Of a DNA stretch of 64,000 bases, positions 25,481 to 37,810 are shown piece by piece. The first letter of the stretch is position 1. Every line of letters starts with the position of its first letter. The notes under the pieces are model-generated. The model saw nothing but the letters and a program-made list of their open reading frames with translations. It was not told where the DNA came from and did not search any database. Origin of the DNA: Selaginella moellendorffii (lineage: Eukaryota > Plantae > Lycopodiophyta); assembly GCF_000143415.4 (NCBI RefSeq), contig NW_003314324.1, forward strand, positions 224,011-288,010, read 5' to 3'. The translations under genes were made by a program, and so were the position numbers.

Positions 25481-25738
25481 AAGTCATGCATAGTTTTTTC
25501 AAAAGTATAATTCTTTATGAGTAAAGTGGAGAATCTTATATTTTCGAGAATGATAGTATTCTAGCATGTATAAAGATATTATTATATATACAAGTGGTTC
25601 TGACGCTGTTATAATTCTAAAGTCCTATTTTTGAGACTGACAATTTAAACTTTCAAGAACCCCTAGATCTTTTCTTAGTATAAATACCGACAAGGGATGC
25701 TTTCAACATTGAAATTTCAGTTTGTTTAGAGTGTAAGA

Positions 25739-26201
25739 ATGGCTAGGGAAAATGCTATTGCTACTCGCACTTGGCCCCCATGTATTTCATATGAGTCTCC
25801 ACCTCCGTCTCCAACTTCTACCAACATTCCACCCTTACCTCCACACAACAATCGTTGTGAGGCTTTTCCTTCTGTAGCCCCAAGTGTGACTGAACAAGAG
25901 ATCCCTCTTCCAGAAAATATTCTAGATGTTGCTACTAAAGATGGATTGCCTCATGTGCTTCAAGAGTGATGCCAGATGTTTCTTCAAGATCTTGCTCCCG
26001 ATATGGTTGAAACTTTTGAAAGAATGAACACATATTATCTCCAGTGTCCCATCTGCTACTTTTATTTAGATAAAACGGAAGGCTGTATGGGTCTAGAAAC
26101 TTTTCTAGAACACTGTCACAACTGCCCAAGAACTGGTGTGGAAGGTGTGCACAAATGGATGTATAAGAAAATCAAGAAAGAGTTAAGAACACACAATCAT
26201 T
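25739..26201 (+). pseudogene. Small zinc-finger-like protein, copy 2 (internal stop; 3' end in gap)
   Basis: TATA (TATAAATA ~25679), Pro-rich N-terminus, TGA 25967-25969 where copy 1 has CGA, then YLQCPICYFYLDKTEGCMGLETFLEHCHNC. Confidence 0.65.
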
Positions 26202-26701
26202 NNNNNNNNNNNNNNNNNNNNNNNNNNNNNNNNNNNNNNNNNNNNNNNNNNNNNNNNNNNNNNNNNNNNNNNNNNNNNNNNNNNNNNNNNNNNNNNNNNN
26301 NNNNNNNNNNNNNNNNNNNNNNNNNNNNNNNNNNNNNNNNNNNNNNNNNNNNNNNNNNNNNNNNNNNNNNNNNNNNNNNNTAGATAATAAACTGATAATA
26401 CTAGTAATTATGAAATTTGACAGACTGACACTATAACTCTGTCATCTCTGACACTGACACTGTCTCTGTCTCTGATACGTACTCTATCACTATCACTATC
26501 TGCTGCACTGACACTATTACTGTCACAATCATTATCTCATTGCAAGTGGATGCATTCAATTGTCTTTTACTGTATCATTAATATATTGATTTTTCATACC
26601 ACTCCTCAATTTACACATTGCATATGATGTGCCATGCATACCTAGGAAGACTTCTAGAAAACTAAATATATATTGTATATAAGTTTTTAAAACATCATAA
26701 A

Positions 26702-29700
26702 TTACCTCCTAGAAGCAACTAATAGAGAAGGACGAAAACCTCTAAGACGGCGCTTGAAGAACTCATATTCTTCAATCGCAAACACCGATCTACTAGAGTC
26801 ACATGCGGCTTCGACTATCGAACCACTACCTACTGTGCAATCGATGACAACACCCCTAGTTGGGCAATAAAGCTCAAGTAATACATGCATTGCCGATAGA
26901 GATTGGAACCAATACCCAGACAATGTGTTGCGGATGTCGTCGTTTACGAGATTTGGTATGATGTCAGTAAAGCTATCATACCCTAGCAAAACCCTTGCAG
27001 CATGCTCACTATCACGAAAATCGTCATTTTCTCTTCTACAGAACACATGGTAGGTCCACATCATAACCTGAATAATAAAACTTTAGAGACAACCAAAATA
27101 GAAGATGATTTCTTACCTTCTTTGGCATGCCTAGGACGCCTTTGGTCTCGACCCCAACACTATCCATGATGCACCCGGAAGAGAACCTCTTGAAGTTGAC
27201 TCGAGTTGCATACTTCATAAGGCAGGACATCCAATGGGGGTCATTCGGGAGAATGAAGGCAACTTGACTGGTTGTGTGAAGAAGAATTGCTGCCAAAAAG
27301 AATGCATCCTTCAAGTGGTCTTTAGTCAGGTTGTTCCAACTTGGGACATCACCATTAGCGTCTGGAAGACCATCTGGCATGTCGAAGAACATGAAGTTTG
27401 TGCTTTTGAGCAGTCACCTATGGATCTTTTTACAAAAGCACTCCCACTTTTGCCGGATAGCCATATTCTCAGCATCCTCCTCAAAAGATGCCATCAATGA
27501 ACTGTAGGAGCCAATAAAGATCCCAACTTCACCACGGAATGCCACTGGAGAAATAGGGCGAATCTAGGGGGAGAAGACAAAGATAAGATGAGAACTTAAG
27601 AAAAATTTACATACCGTCATGTGGCGTGTGGTAGATGTAAGTTCCTCCAGGTCCTCTTCTCGAGCATCAAGGCGAGCTGGAATGAAGTTACTCCCGACAG
27701 TTTTTGTTGCAACCATTTTGAGGAACTAAGAAAAGGAGAGAATTAAAAGAAATATACCTCGAGAAGTTCCTCGGTTACGGGGACGTCTTGGATGATCATC
27801 ATCACTGTTGACTAATTCCTCCAGATGTGGATTTGCATGCTTTCGTCGAGGTAGAACTTCTTGGACGTTCTGGTTCTCTTGCTCGACTTCATCTCAAAGA
27901 ATTTTGTTCTCACTGCCATCTTCACTCTGCTCGCCATTGGCACCAACAGGGTCGACATTCTCATGGCCATCATCTTCGTCATCATTGTTGCCTCTTGCAA
28001 CCTCATGATGGGTTGGTTCATAATCTAGCATCTTCAATTCCCAAGGACAAGCGTGCTTTATTGCTGCTGGAAACTTCATTGTTGTCGGGTACATGCCTCC
28101 ATCTCTCACACCATGCCTCAGGAGTCGTGTGCATACCAGTGTTTCAAGAGGAACGCCTCTATATTGGAGATACCTATAATAGAATATAAACAATTAAGTA
28201 TAGTTGAGAAATTGTATGTTACCTGAAAGCCGCTCGACGCATGAAGTAAGGTTGGCCAAGTTGTTTATCAAATGGAGTCATGCTTGTGGCCTTCTTTGGC
28301 AGCCAGTCCTCTTCGAGTTTTGTAAGCTCAATGGTGACGAAGTCCTTAAATGGAAGTTGCTTAGGATCATCCCTGGGCTAGAAACATCTCCCCTTTATAT
28401 ACAGTTTGTGAAATGTAGACGGTCCTCCTCATCACAGTCTTTATCATACTGTCCAAACCTTTTTCTCCTTCCCTGAGTTTGCTATTGAGGTCGTTCAGAA
28501 TGTGTATCTGTTCCTCATATGTAAGCTTTGACTTTGAGATGTTGTAAATAATCTCATCTAGAGTCTTGCCCACTAAAAAATAACTTTTGTGAGAACCTTC
28601 ATGTAAACACAAACAATACTTACTTTCATGACAAGCAATCTTTGTTATAATATCGAACCACTCCTTTGGGCGTCGAGGGTCAGCCACACTAAGTAATTTC
28701 TTTACCTTTGTCTTCTTTGTGTTGTTGTTTTTCTTGTCAATTGCAGCTAAATGCTCCGAGAGTTCTTGATCATTTTTAGCTCGATGCGACTGTGCATATG
28801 CATCTTGCTTAACCTTCACCAATGGCTGAAGACAACACAAACATTATGATAAAAAGTATAGTTGAAAGAACATACCTTACTCCACACAACTGTCATAAAA
28901 GCCACTGGATTCTTGTACCATCTATTGGCATCCTGACGACCTCGTTAATGCCGAATAAGTGATGTTAAATCATCACCATAGTGGCTGCTGACTGCATCCT
29001 TGTCGAGATTGGCAAGAAACCAGATCTACTCGATATCATGTACTAGGCTTTGTTTCTGCACTGCAAACTGTCCCAACTTGCAAAACACAAATTGTTAAAA
29101 GTGATTGAAGAGGGAGAGGTACTTACGCATTAATTTTGTGGCAAGCTATCACAAGCCTTGCCACATCTAGAGATCCTCTCGTATGTACATGTCCAACCGG
29201 AACATTGATGTGATAGACAGGATCGTCTCGAAAGCATTCTCAGATGCACTTTATCCACGCGCACCAGTGATGATTCCCATTGATAATGTAGAACATTTTC
29301 CCCACAAATTGTTGAGTCTCAGGATGGCTCATAAGCTTGATGTCAAATTCGCGGGACTTCATTTTCCAAATGTCATCCCAATCCCTCTCGATTTCTGGTG
29401 ACACCGAGAGGGTATTTGTCATTCTTGGCTTGAAGACCGAAACAAGGAACATACCTATGTTTGTCCCAAGGCCATTCTGTTTGTATAGACTATAGATGTC
29501 CATGTTGATGAAGTGCGGTGAAGCAGACCGAACGATGCTTATCTGAGTGAATTAACATAGTGGGATTTCTCGGATCATGTGCCCCAGGCCTTCCCACTTG
29601 AGAGACTCCAGAGTCGTGTGAATGGCCTTCTCTTTAGTTCTCAAAACTGTCTCTTGGAAGCGCTTATCGACAATGTGTTCAGGTAGCTCCACTTCTCTTT

Positions 29701-30200
29701 CAGCTTCAGCTACACCTCCAGTAGCACCATTATCAGATCTAGCCCTCGACTCGGGCCTAACACCGCCATCAGGCGCACTTGGGCACTGCTCCATTTCTAC
29801 CATATTTTGTGAATATGTTAAGAGTAGTGGCATTTGTGGTCGTGGTAGCAATGGTAGTGATGACAATGGTTGTGCTGGTGGTGGTGATGATGGTGGCCGT
29901 GGCGGTGGTAATGGTGGTGATGACGGTGGTGGTGGTAATGGTGGTGATGACGGTGGTGGTAATGGTGGTGATGAAGGTAAAGGTGGCGGTGGTGGTAATG
30001 GTGGTGAAGGTGGTGGCGGTGGTAATGGTGGTGGTGGCATCGATGGCGGTGGTGGGGGTGCATGTGGACTGGAGCTATCTGGTTGGGAAGACGGTAGAGT
30101 TGTCACTATGGAAATCTCTATTTGAAGGTCAACTTGATTGTCGTCCTGGATCTCATCTTCCTCATGTCTTCTCTTTGATCGAACATCCCTCTCTTTTTGT
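26702..30200 (-). pseudogene. Multi-exon gene: Pro-rich N-terminus, ParB-like domain, C-terminal beta-class N6-adenine/N4-cytosine DNA methyltransferase-like domain
   Basis: FYIINGNHHWCAW (ParB GxHR-type motif, ~29250-29290); NFMFFDMPDG (motif IV, DPPY-like, ~27370-27398); LLELYCPTRGVVIDCTVGSGSIVEAACDSSRSVFAIE (motif I, ~26770-26880). GT-AG introns. Premature stops at 29552, 29240 and ~27414. Confidence 0.72.
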
Positions 30201-30204
30201 AGTT

Positions 30205-30508
30205 GCTTTCGTTTTTGAAAATAAAAAAAACTCATTATAAATTATAAATGCATAAGAAGAGGGGAATAGGGTGTGGGCTCGGTATAGGCGCCGGTTCGCC
30301 GGTGAATTGGGCCACCCCCAAGCACCTTGGCTGGCCCGCGCCAAGGCCAACCGCCTGAGAACCTTGCCTTGGCGCGGGCCAGCCAAGGTGCTTGGGGGTG
30401 GCCCAATTCACCGGCGAACCGGCGCCTATACCGAGCCCACACCCTATTCCCCTCTTCTTATGCATTTATAATTTATAATGAGTTTTTTTTATTTTCAAAA
30501 CCGAAAGC
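30205..30508. repeat. Near-perfect palindrome: 143-bp arms, 18-nt loop
   Basis: 30205-30347 is the reverse complement of 30366-30508 with one visible mismatch near the outer end. Confidence 0.95.
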
Positions 30509-31882
30509 TCTGGCCCAGGTGGAGTGCCCAGCCAAATGCCCGGCCTGGGCACTTGGCAGCAGNNNNNNNNNNNNNNNNNNNNNNNNNNNNNNNNNNNNNN
30601 NNNNNNNNNNNNNNNNNNNNNNNNNNNNNNNNNNNNNNNNNNNNNNNNNNNNNNNNNNNNNNNNNNNNNNNNNNNNNNNNNNNNNNNNNNNNNNNNNNNN
30701 NNNNNNNNNNNNNNNNNNNNNNNNNNNNNNNNNNNNNNNNNNNNNNNNNNNNNNNNNNNNNNNNNNNNNNNNNNNNNNNNNNNNNNNNNNNNNNNNNNNN
30801 NNNNNNNNNNNNNNNNNNNNNNNNNNNNNNNNNNNNNNNNNNNNNNNNNNNNNNNNNNNNNNNNNNNNNNNNNNNNNNNNNNNNNNNNNNNNNNNNNNNN
30901 NNNNACTTTCTGTAAAACCCTAACGCCGACGGCTGCCCTAACCCTAACCTAACTTTCATCACAGCCGTTCATCATGGATGCAGTAAATCTTCACTGTACA
31001 ATAAATATTAATAAATCTAGCACTTTACAATTTCTATCCACCCTAGATTTGATCACGTGACAAAGTCCTTTTGAATTGTAATTTAATAATGGAGGTGTGC
31101 TCTAATAGGATTATGTCATAATGTGAAATAATGTCACAGACACATGTGTTGAATTGATCACAGTACGAAATTGTTAGAAAATATAAGATTATTAAATCGT
31201 AAGGTGTTATTTCCAAAGCAATGTATATAGATAATTTACTATAGGTGATAGATGGTAGTACAAAGATGGAATATATTTAAATGAGTTCAGAAGAATGTGA
31301 TGATTTCTAGCTTTAATGAAGTATTGAAAATATGTACAATATTTAATTTATTTGGCAACAATTGGTTGATGGTAGATCCTAGAATAAAATCATTCCTATC
31401 TTTCATATTATGGCACATGCTTGAGGTGATATTTCTTTTCGTTCTACCAAAAGTTAGTGCATATAATAAATTTGAGCATGTTTTTGAATTTAATGTATAT
31501 AGACTTTTAATATTGTACAACATAGTCCTTTATATTTCATATAGAATTTATTATAACAACATTATTCGATGTTAGATCCTAGAATAAAATCGCCCTATCT
31601 TTTCACATAATGGCATAGCACATGTGAGGTGACATTTCGTTATAAAAGTTCAGAGTTCCAAAACCTAAAGGCAACAAAATGGAGGGCTTCCTTTTGCATT
31701 ACCAAAATCACCCACCGCTTTCTTTCTCCCAAAGTTTTATTTCAGAAAGTTTTCTTTGCAAACGTTTCGATCTTTCTTTCGGTTCTATTTCATTGGAAGC
31801 TGTGATTCACAACAACATTGGTGTAGTTGAACAATCGGAGTTTCTTCTTTAGGGTGTAGGTGAAGGTGGACAACATTGGGAT

Positions 31883-34800
31883 TTGCAACATTCCAAGTCG
31901 AAAGAGATTCGATTTTTTGGATCTCTAATCAAAGTGCGAGGCTGTGATCCTGCTAAAGTGAATGTGAAGCAAGAGTCGGTCGTCATCATTTCTTCCTCTT
32001 CTAGTTCTAGTGGAGATGTTAGTCTAGTGCGAGCCAAGAATTTCCAAACTCCAACTTCACTGATATTCCAAGTTGTTTGCAACGCTTTCCAGTTTTCTCA
32101 CCTCTCTATCGATGTTCGTTCCATTCTGCATAGGCCTGTTAGCAAGCTCCCATCTATATACAATGGCAATATCTTCTTTGAACTACCACCTCTTGTCAGC
32201 TCAAAACGAAAGGGGATGGAGACGAAGCAGAATGTTCACAACTGGTGCAAGATCAAGACCACACATTTCCAGCATTTTAAAGGCACAGTGTCCATGGTTC
32301 ATTGTGGTGGGTATTTGGATTGTGTGAATAAAGCATGCAATCGAGAGCACAGTAAAAACTCCATATTTTTTGAAGGATCTGCAACCAATCCTCCCCTCTA
32401 TGACACCATTGGTGTTGGATTCAAGTGTCGGTTTTGCAAGAATGCCATTGTGTTGTGCCATATGCGGGGCCAAGATGTACTATTTTCTTCCACAGGATGG
32501 AGAGGTTGGTAGAGCTATAGTACATATTAGCACGCACACACATCCAATGCAGGAAGGGATACAAAGGAGTTCAGTCAACCATTTCAAAGATGCAGTGCAA
32601 ATAGAGACTGTGAGAAACTCATCTGCAACTCCGAAGCATGTTCAAAAGATAGTGCTCAAGGAATTTATCGCAAATACTTTACTTGATCCAGACTACAAAA
32701 ATACTCAATTGGATGAGGCTAGCTTGCGGGAGTTACTACGACATGTGCAACCTACAACTAGCCTCAGGAGGTATGAAAATATATTACATACTTTTCAATA
32801 ATATCTCTCTTATATTTTGTTTTATTTAGGATAAAGTCTTGGATGTGTGAATCTCGAGAGGGGAAACTCCAATCAAAAATCGACTCAATCCTTGAACTAA
32901 AATAGACTTGTCCCTATGAGTTTATCCATGGGAGTTTATTTCCAGATCAAGTCGTTAGTGAGCAAGAGCGCCCCTTCATTTTCAAAATGTCTACCATGGA
33001 CCCTGCCTCTGGTGTGGATCTTGTTTCCCGAATAGATATGTTTGGGTCGAGTGACCTTGTTAATGCATGGGTACATTTTGACCATATGGAGCGGGTGGCG
33101 GGTTGGACAACCATGGGAGCTCATGTGTATGATCCGAGGTAGTTTTTCTTCTCATTATCTTAAAATGGTTTTAAACATTGCACTTTTCACAGGCTACGTT
33201 GTAACTTGACAATTGCAATGGCAGAGTTTAAAGTACAAGACCAGATGGCTCAGAAAATATTTTGGAAGTCCCTCTCTGACATTGTATTGAAGCAGACTGG
33301 TAAGCCTGCCAACTTTCGCGGTTTCATGGCAGATGGGGCTGGGGCTAATTGGAATGGTGTCCGGGCAATCTTTGGGAATGGTCTACCCCTAGAAGGTCAT
33401 GAGAGGACTTGTGAGTTCCATTGGGCTCAGACCCTAAACCAACATTGCCACCTTATCAAGCCAGATTTCCAATTAGCATTTAAGGAGTTGTGCAAACAAT
33501 GGCAAGCTGCACCTTCTGAAGAAGAGCATGAGGCAAAAACAAACAAGATTCGAATGTGGTGGCGTGAAGATGGCCTTACTGACGTAAGTTATTTACCCCA
33601 ACTTGAGTCGTGGTTGGGGNNNNNNNNNNNNNNNNNNNNNNNNNNNNNNNNNNNNNNNNNNNNNNNNNNNNNNNNNNNNNNNNNNNNNNNNNNNNNNNNN
33701 NNNNNNNNNNNNNNNNNNNNNNNNNNNNNNNNNNNNNNNNNNNNNNNNNNNNNNNNNNNNNNNNNNNNNNNNNNNNNNNNNNNNNNNNNNNNNNNNNNNN
33801 GAGGCAGGGAAAGGGAAGATGAGTCTATATGAAGCATGTCTATCAGATTTGATACGTGCTGTAGAGTAGTCTTCAAAAGCCTTGGCATTTGAGGAAGGAA
33901 GATACATGGAACAGGGACCTTCGATTGAGATGTTACACAATCGGATGAAGAAGAAAGTGACTCCACCAGCACAAAAAATGGTAACTGCATTGAAGGAAGT
34001 GGTTCGTGGCACATCTATGGAGTACACTCCTCGGGCTTCTATTGGTGATATGAAGACCATCCACTCAAAGCGTCGATTTTCCTTTGCTGGTGAAGATGTT
34101 GGCATGGATTTTGGAGCGAAAAGCTCTCACAGGCCTGATGTTGAGTATCATTCTGCTCCAAGACATTGCCCCAGAACCGAACCACCTCAAGTGGCTGATG
34201 AAAAAAGTGCATTACAGCAAGTTGAAATTGCTTATTGTAGTGTGGAGCCGAAGCAATGGGCAATCCATCGAGTGCCAGCGAAATCAAATGTAAGGTGTGT
34301 GGGGATGCTTTCAAGGGGCAAGTGTTGGGCTTGGATCCGTGGTGACAAGTCTGCTTCTGTTCCAGCCCCATGTTTCCATGGGGAACGAAAGCAAGCAGGA
34401 TTTTCAAGATGGTGTTGGTTATATTGCTGCAACTCTGATGTCAACCATACAAAGTGGCTTGAAGACACTATAGTGACTAAACTTGATGCAGTACCTAAAG
34501 AATGGCTGGTTGCTAATGGGGTTGTGCTCACCTCGGATGAGATTGAAAACCTTGAGAAATCTGGTTTCAATCTCGAGAGGAGAGTTGGAGATATGAGTGA
34601 CAGAACCAGGACTATTCCTACAGAGATGCACAGGAGGCTAGCACGAAAAGGTAAGGTAGTTAAATTTATTGGTACCGTCTCCAAGCAGAAGCAAGGTAAA
34701 ATAAACTTGGCTCAAACATTTGAGTGTGAGATTCTCTCCACGAAGTACATCACTGTGCTCGCAAAGGAGTACACAATCAAAACAGAAGGTGGAGAGTACA

Positions 34801-35000
34801 CAATTGTCATTCAAGACTTTCCTTCTTGCACATGTCCAGACTTTACGAAGTGCGAGGAACATGGGAAGGCATATGCTCCTTGCAAGCATATGTACTATAT
34901 CTTCATCAACATCTTGTACCAGGATCCTAAAGTGGATATTCATATACACCAAACAAGCCTTACTATTGCTGAGTTGCAGAAAACTTTTGGAGCTAATTAG
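31883..35000 (+). mobile_element. Mutator-like DDE transposase gene (GCM/WRKY-like DNA-binding domain, DDE core, SWIM finger), degenerate
   Basis: CGGYLDCVNKAC..CRFC..CAICGAK..HISTHTHP; core WVHFDH, GFMADGAGANW, CEFHW (MULE CxxH); C-terminal PSCTCPDF..PCKHMYY (SWIM). Introns 32770-32830 and 33139-33192. Frameshift ~32450; TAG at 32903 and 33867. Confidence 0.8.
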
Positions 35001-35679
35001 ATTTTCCAGCACTATTGATGTTTATTCTCTATCAATAATATAAACTAATTATACTTTATATAATTAATAAAAATATTTTATTATTTCACTTTTCATTTCA
35101 TATACTTGTGAGGTTCTTTTCGCAATACTGCCCATAGTATTTGTGAGTCTTCATTTTTGTCTTTACCTTCTCAAAAAATATTTCGTGATAGTCTTTCGGG
35201 TGTATGATGTTACAATGTATTGTGAGAGCATATGTACCATCACAATTATTTTTTTTTCCTTTCAAAAAGTTATATGGCCTTATATAGAATCTTAATTCAA
35301 ATTTAATAATTTTAAAATTCTGACAAACCTGACATTTACTAGCTAGAAAGCACAGAGTACAAATTTAAAGAAGTGACAAGAATACTCTTTTTGCAAACAT
35401 TTTATTTTATATTCTAACAAACGTCTCTATTATTGCATGTAGTAAATATTTAAATTATTAGAACAAGAAGTGTCCTTTAGAACATTTTTATCTATATAAT
35501 ATATAGAGAGTTATGAAATTATTAAGTTTGCCATAACTTTACAATTTTAAAGTTTAATATTTGTACTAAATTACAATTGAAAATTGAGTTCAACTCGTGA
35601 GCTCAACTCTTCAGCTCGTGAGCTCAAGTATGGTCCACGCTCCTAAGAGCCTTGTTCTCTTGACACCCTACCCCCTTTA

Positions 35680-35960
35680 GGTCGAGCCCAATTGGGAGCA
35701 AATTAGACGTGCCAAATGTTAATCAATATATAGTGTGATTCCCCTAGCCAACCAATAGAGTCGGACTCGAGATAGCAAATGTAAACTCCTGAATTTAAAC
35801 TTCTTGGGAAGTTATTATGCACAATACTATTCAAACCCAAAGACACTTAACCCCACGTATCCCAAAACCCTAAACCAAGGAGGGTGCACTCTTATTTATA
35901 GGCCTATATTTGAACTTATATAAATCATCTCTCGAGTCGTTCCCTTTGGTTGTTTACATA
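35680..35960 (-). mobile_element. Second, inverted copy of the LTR end plus degenerate PBS seen at 23286-23562
   Basis: Reverse complement reads GTAAACAACCAAAG..GTTCAAATATA..AAGAGTGCACCCT..GTTTACATTTGCTATC..CTCTATTGGTTGGCTA..TTTGCTCCC..GGGCTCGAC. Confidence 0.75.
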
Positions 35961-36024
35961 GGAGAGTTGCAGCTCTCAGCTTCCATTCACGAGGGTGTGA
36001 ACTTGTAGGGAAGTGTGGTGGATT

Positions 36025-36500
36025 ATAAACAGCTAAAGAGAAAAATTTGAAAAACCATCCATAGAGGTTCAAATATAAAAGGAAAGGGCCCATGAATAAG
36101 AATGCACACCTTTTCCAATCGATTAAGGGTTTTGGGATATTTGAGGTTAAGTGTCATTAAGTTTGAATAGTACTGGGTTGGGTGATTTCCCGGGAAGTCC
36201 AAACTTAGAAGCTTACACTGTGAAGAAGGCAAGCTACTTTGGAATTGGTGTGTGAGACCTCTCGGGAAATCCAAGCTACTTCGGAATTGGTGCGTGAAAC
36301 CTCCTAGGAAATCTAAATTCAAGAGTTTACATTGTGAAGCAAACAAGCTACTCCAAAATTAGCTATTATATGCTAGAGTCTTTACACTGAATTAATCTTA
36401 ACTACATTAGGCATTGTGAAGTAGACAAGCTACTCTAGAATTGGCTATCATGCACTAGAGTCTTTATACTGAATTAATCTTAATCACATTAGGCATGGGT
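36025..36500 (+). mobile_element. Further LTR fragment of the same family followed by ~41-bp and ~82-bp tandem duplications
   Basis: ATCCATAGAGGTTCAAATATAAAAGGAAA matches 23320-23350; ends AAGCTTACA ~36218; duplicated CAAGCTACT-containing units follow. Confidence 0.7.
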
Positions 36501-37459
36501 AGAAAAAAAAGGTCCTCTTGCGCACTTAGGTGGAGAGATTAAGGATTAACAACTCTCCATTATCATAATAGAAGTTAAATGGGGGAATTGAGGTAAACAA
36601 AATAAAAATGTTTACTATGAATCCACCGTACCTATCAGAAGATATATTTTGCTTATAGACTTAGACAAAAGTTAATTAATCCCCACTCTGTATGACTAGG
36701 CAAAAGTACAAGAAAACAAAAACAGCTAGGCCAACAAATGATAGATTTAAGAAAATTACTTGAGTTGCTCAACAAATTATTGAGTGAGATACTTAACAAT
36801 ATTCTACTTAAGGTATACAAAAGTTTGACTCTTGGTACCTTTACTATTGTCAAAGAAGGTATAATAATACATTTAAATTACTTTGCAGGTACTTAGTGTA
36901 AGCAAGATTTATATTTGTGGAATTACTTATACAAAAAGAAAAAAGTACCATACATAGAGAGATAATCTGTCTATCCAAGCTAGACACAAATCCTGAGTAT
37001 TATAACTTACAAAGGATTTATGAAATTTTGCCTATTTATTATAAAAAATTTAATGGTCCACAATAAAGCTTAGATACCTATAAGCAAAAATACACTTGCT
37101 GATAATTGGGCTAATAGAAATTTGATCAATCTCAAATATGGATTGATAGACTATAAAAGAGGTTCGAAGTGAATTAGAGAAGTATGGGCTTAGTCTTTTC
37201 TAGTCCACCTACGCATCTGATAGCAACACACTCTCAACCAATCAATATAGCAAGATGAGGTAGCCACAACAATAGCAAATGCCACAACAGCACTACAAAG
37301 TCAAGGTTAGCTGTGCCTTCACTCACAAGACCGTGAATCAGCTAAGCGAGCTAGCAGTCTGAAGCATCGAGCTTATCACTATGAAGACCAAGCTCAGTAA
37401 CATGGAGTAGGATTTAGAGAATCCTATTACCTGAGAAGAGGTAGTAATTTTGTCGTGGG

Positions 37460-37810
37460 GGAGTGATAAAGAGGTAAATATTTAATCTTGTATATCTTCC
37501 CAAACAAAGCAGAAGAAGGAAGTTTAAGCGAAATGGAGTTACATCTAAGTTTAAGCATACAAAGAAGAAAAACCTAACATATGTGAGAAGTAGTTATAAA
37601 CGATTATAAAATCATATAATATATAAATAACACTTACACATGTTGGAAAAGAACCCCCACTCACTATTGTATGCATTTGTATTAGATTAACCATCTTTTT
37701 TCCCACCTATAACTATTTGTGCAAAATAGAGTTGAGAGAGTGACATATATTTATCCTTACTCACGCCTTTAGGGTTAAAGGCTAAATTGTATTCTATTTT
37801 TCTCATTTTT
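37460..37810 (+). repeat. Dispersed ~350-bp repeat, copy 2
   Basis: Direct-orientation homology to 21050-21400. Confidence 0.85.

Noticed and set aside
26400-26530. CTGACA/CTATCA hexamer-rich tract
   Set aside because: Simple low-complexity sequence beside a gap.
29622-30240. Gly-rich, His-rich and Val/Met-rich ORFs
   Set aside because: Alternative frames of the GGT/CCA low-complexity tract that encodes the Pro-rich part of the methylase-like gene.
30162-30471. Mirror-image ORFs on both strands (MWARYRRRF..., MAGPRQG...)
   Set aside because: Trivial consequence of the palindrome.
22402-33869. ORFs containing long X runs
   Set aside because: Artefacts of assembly N-gaps.
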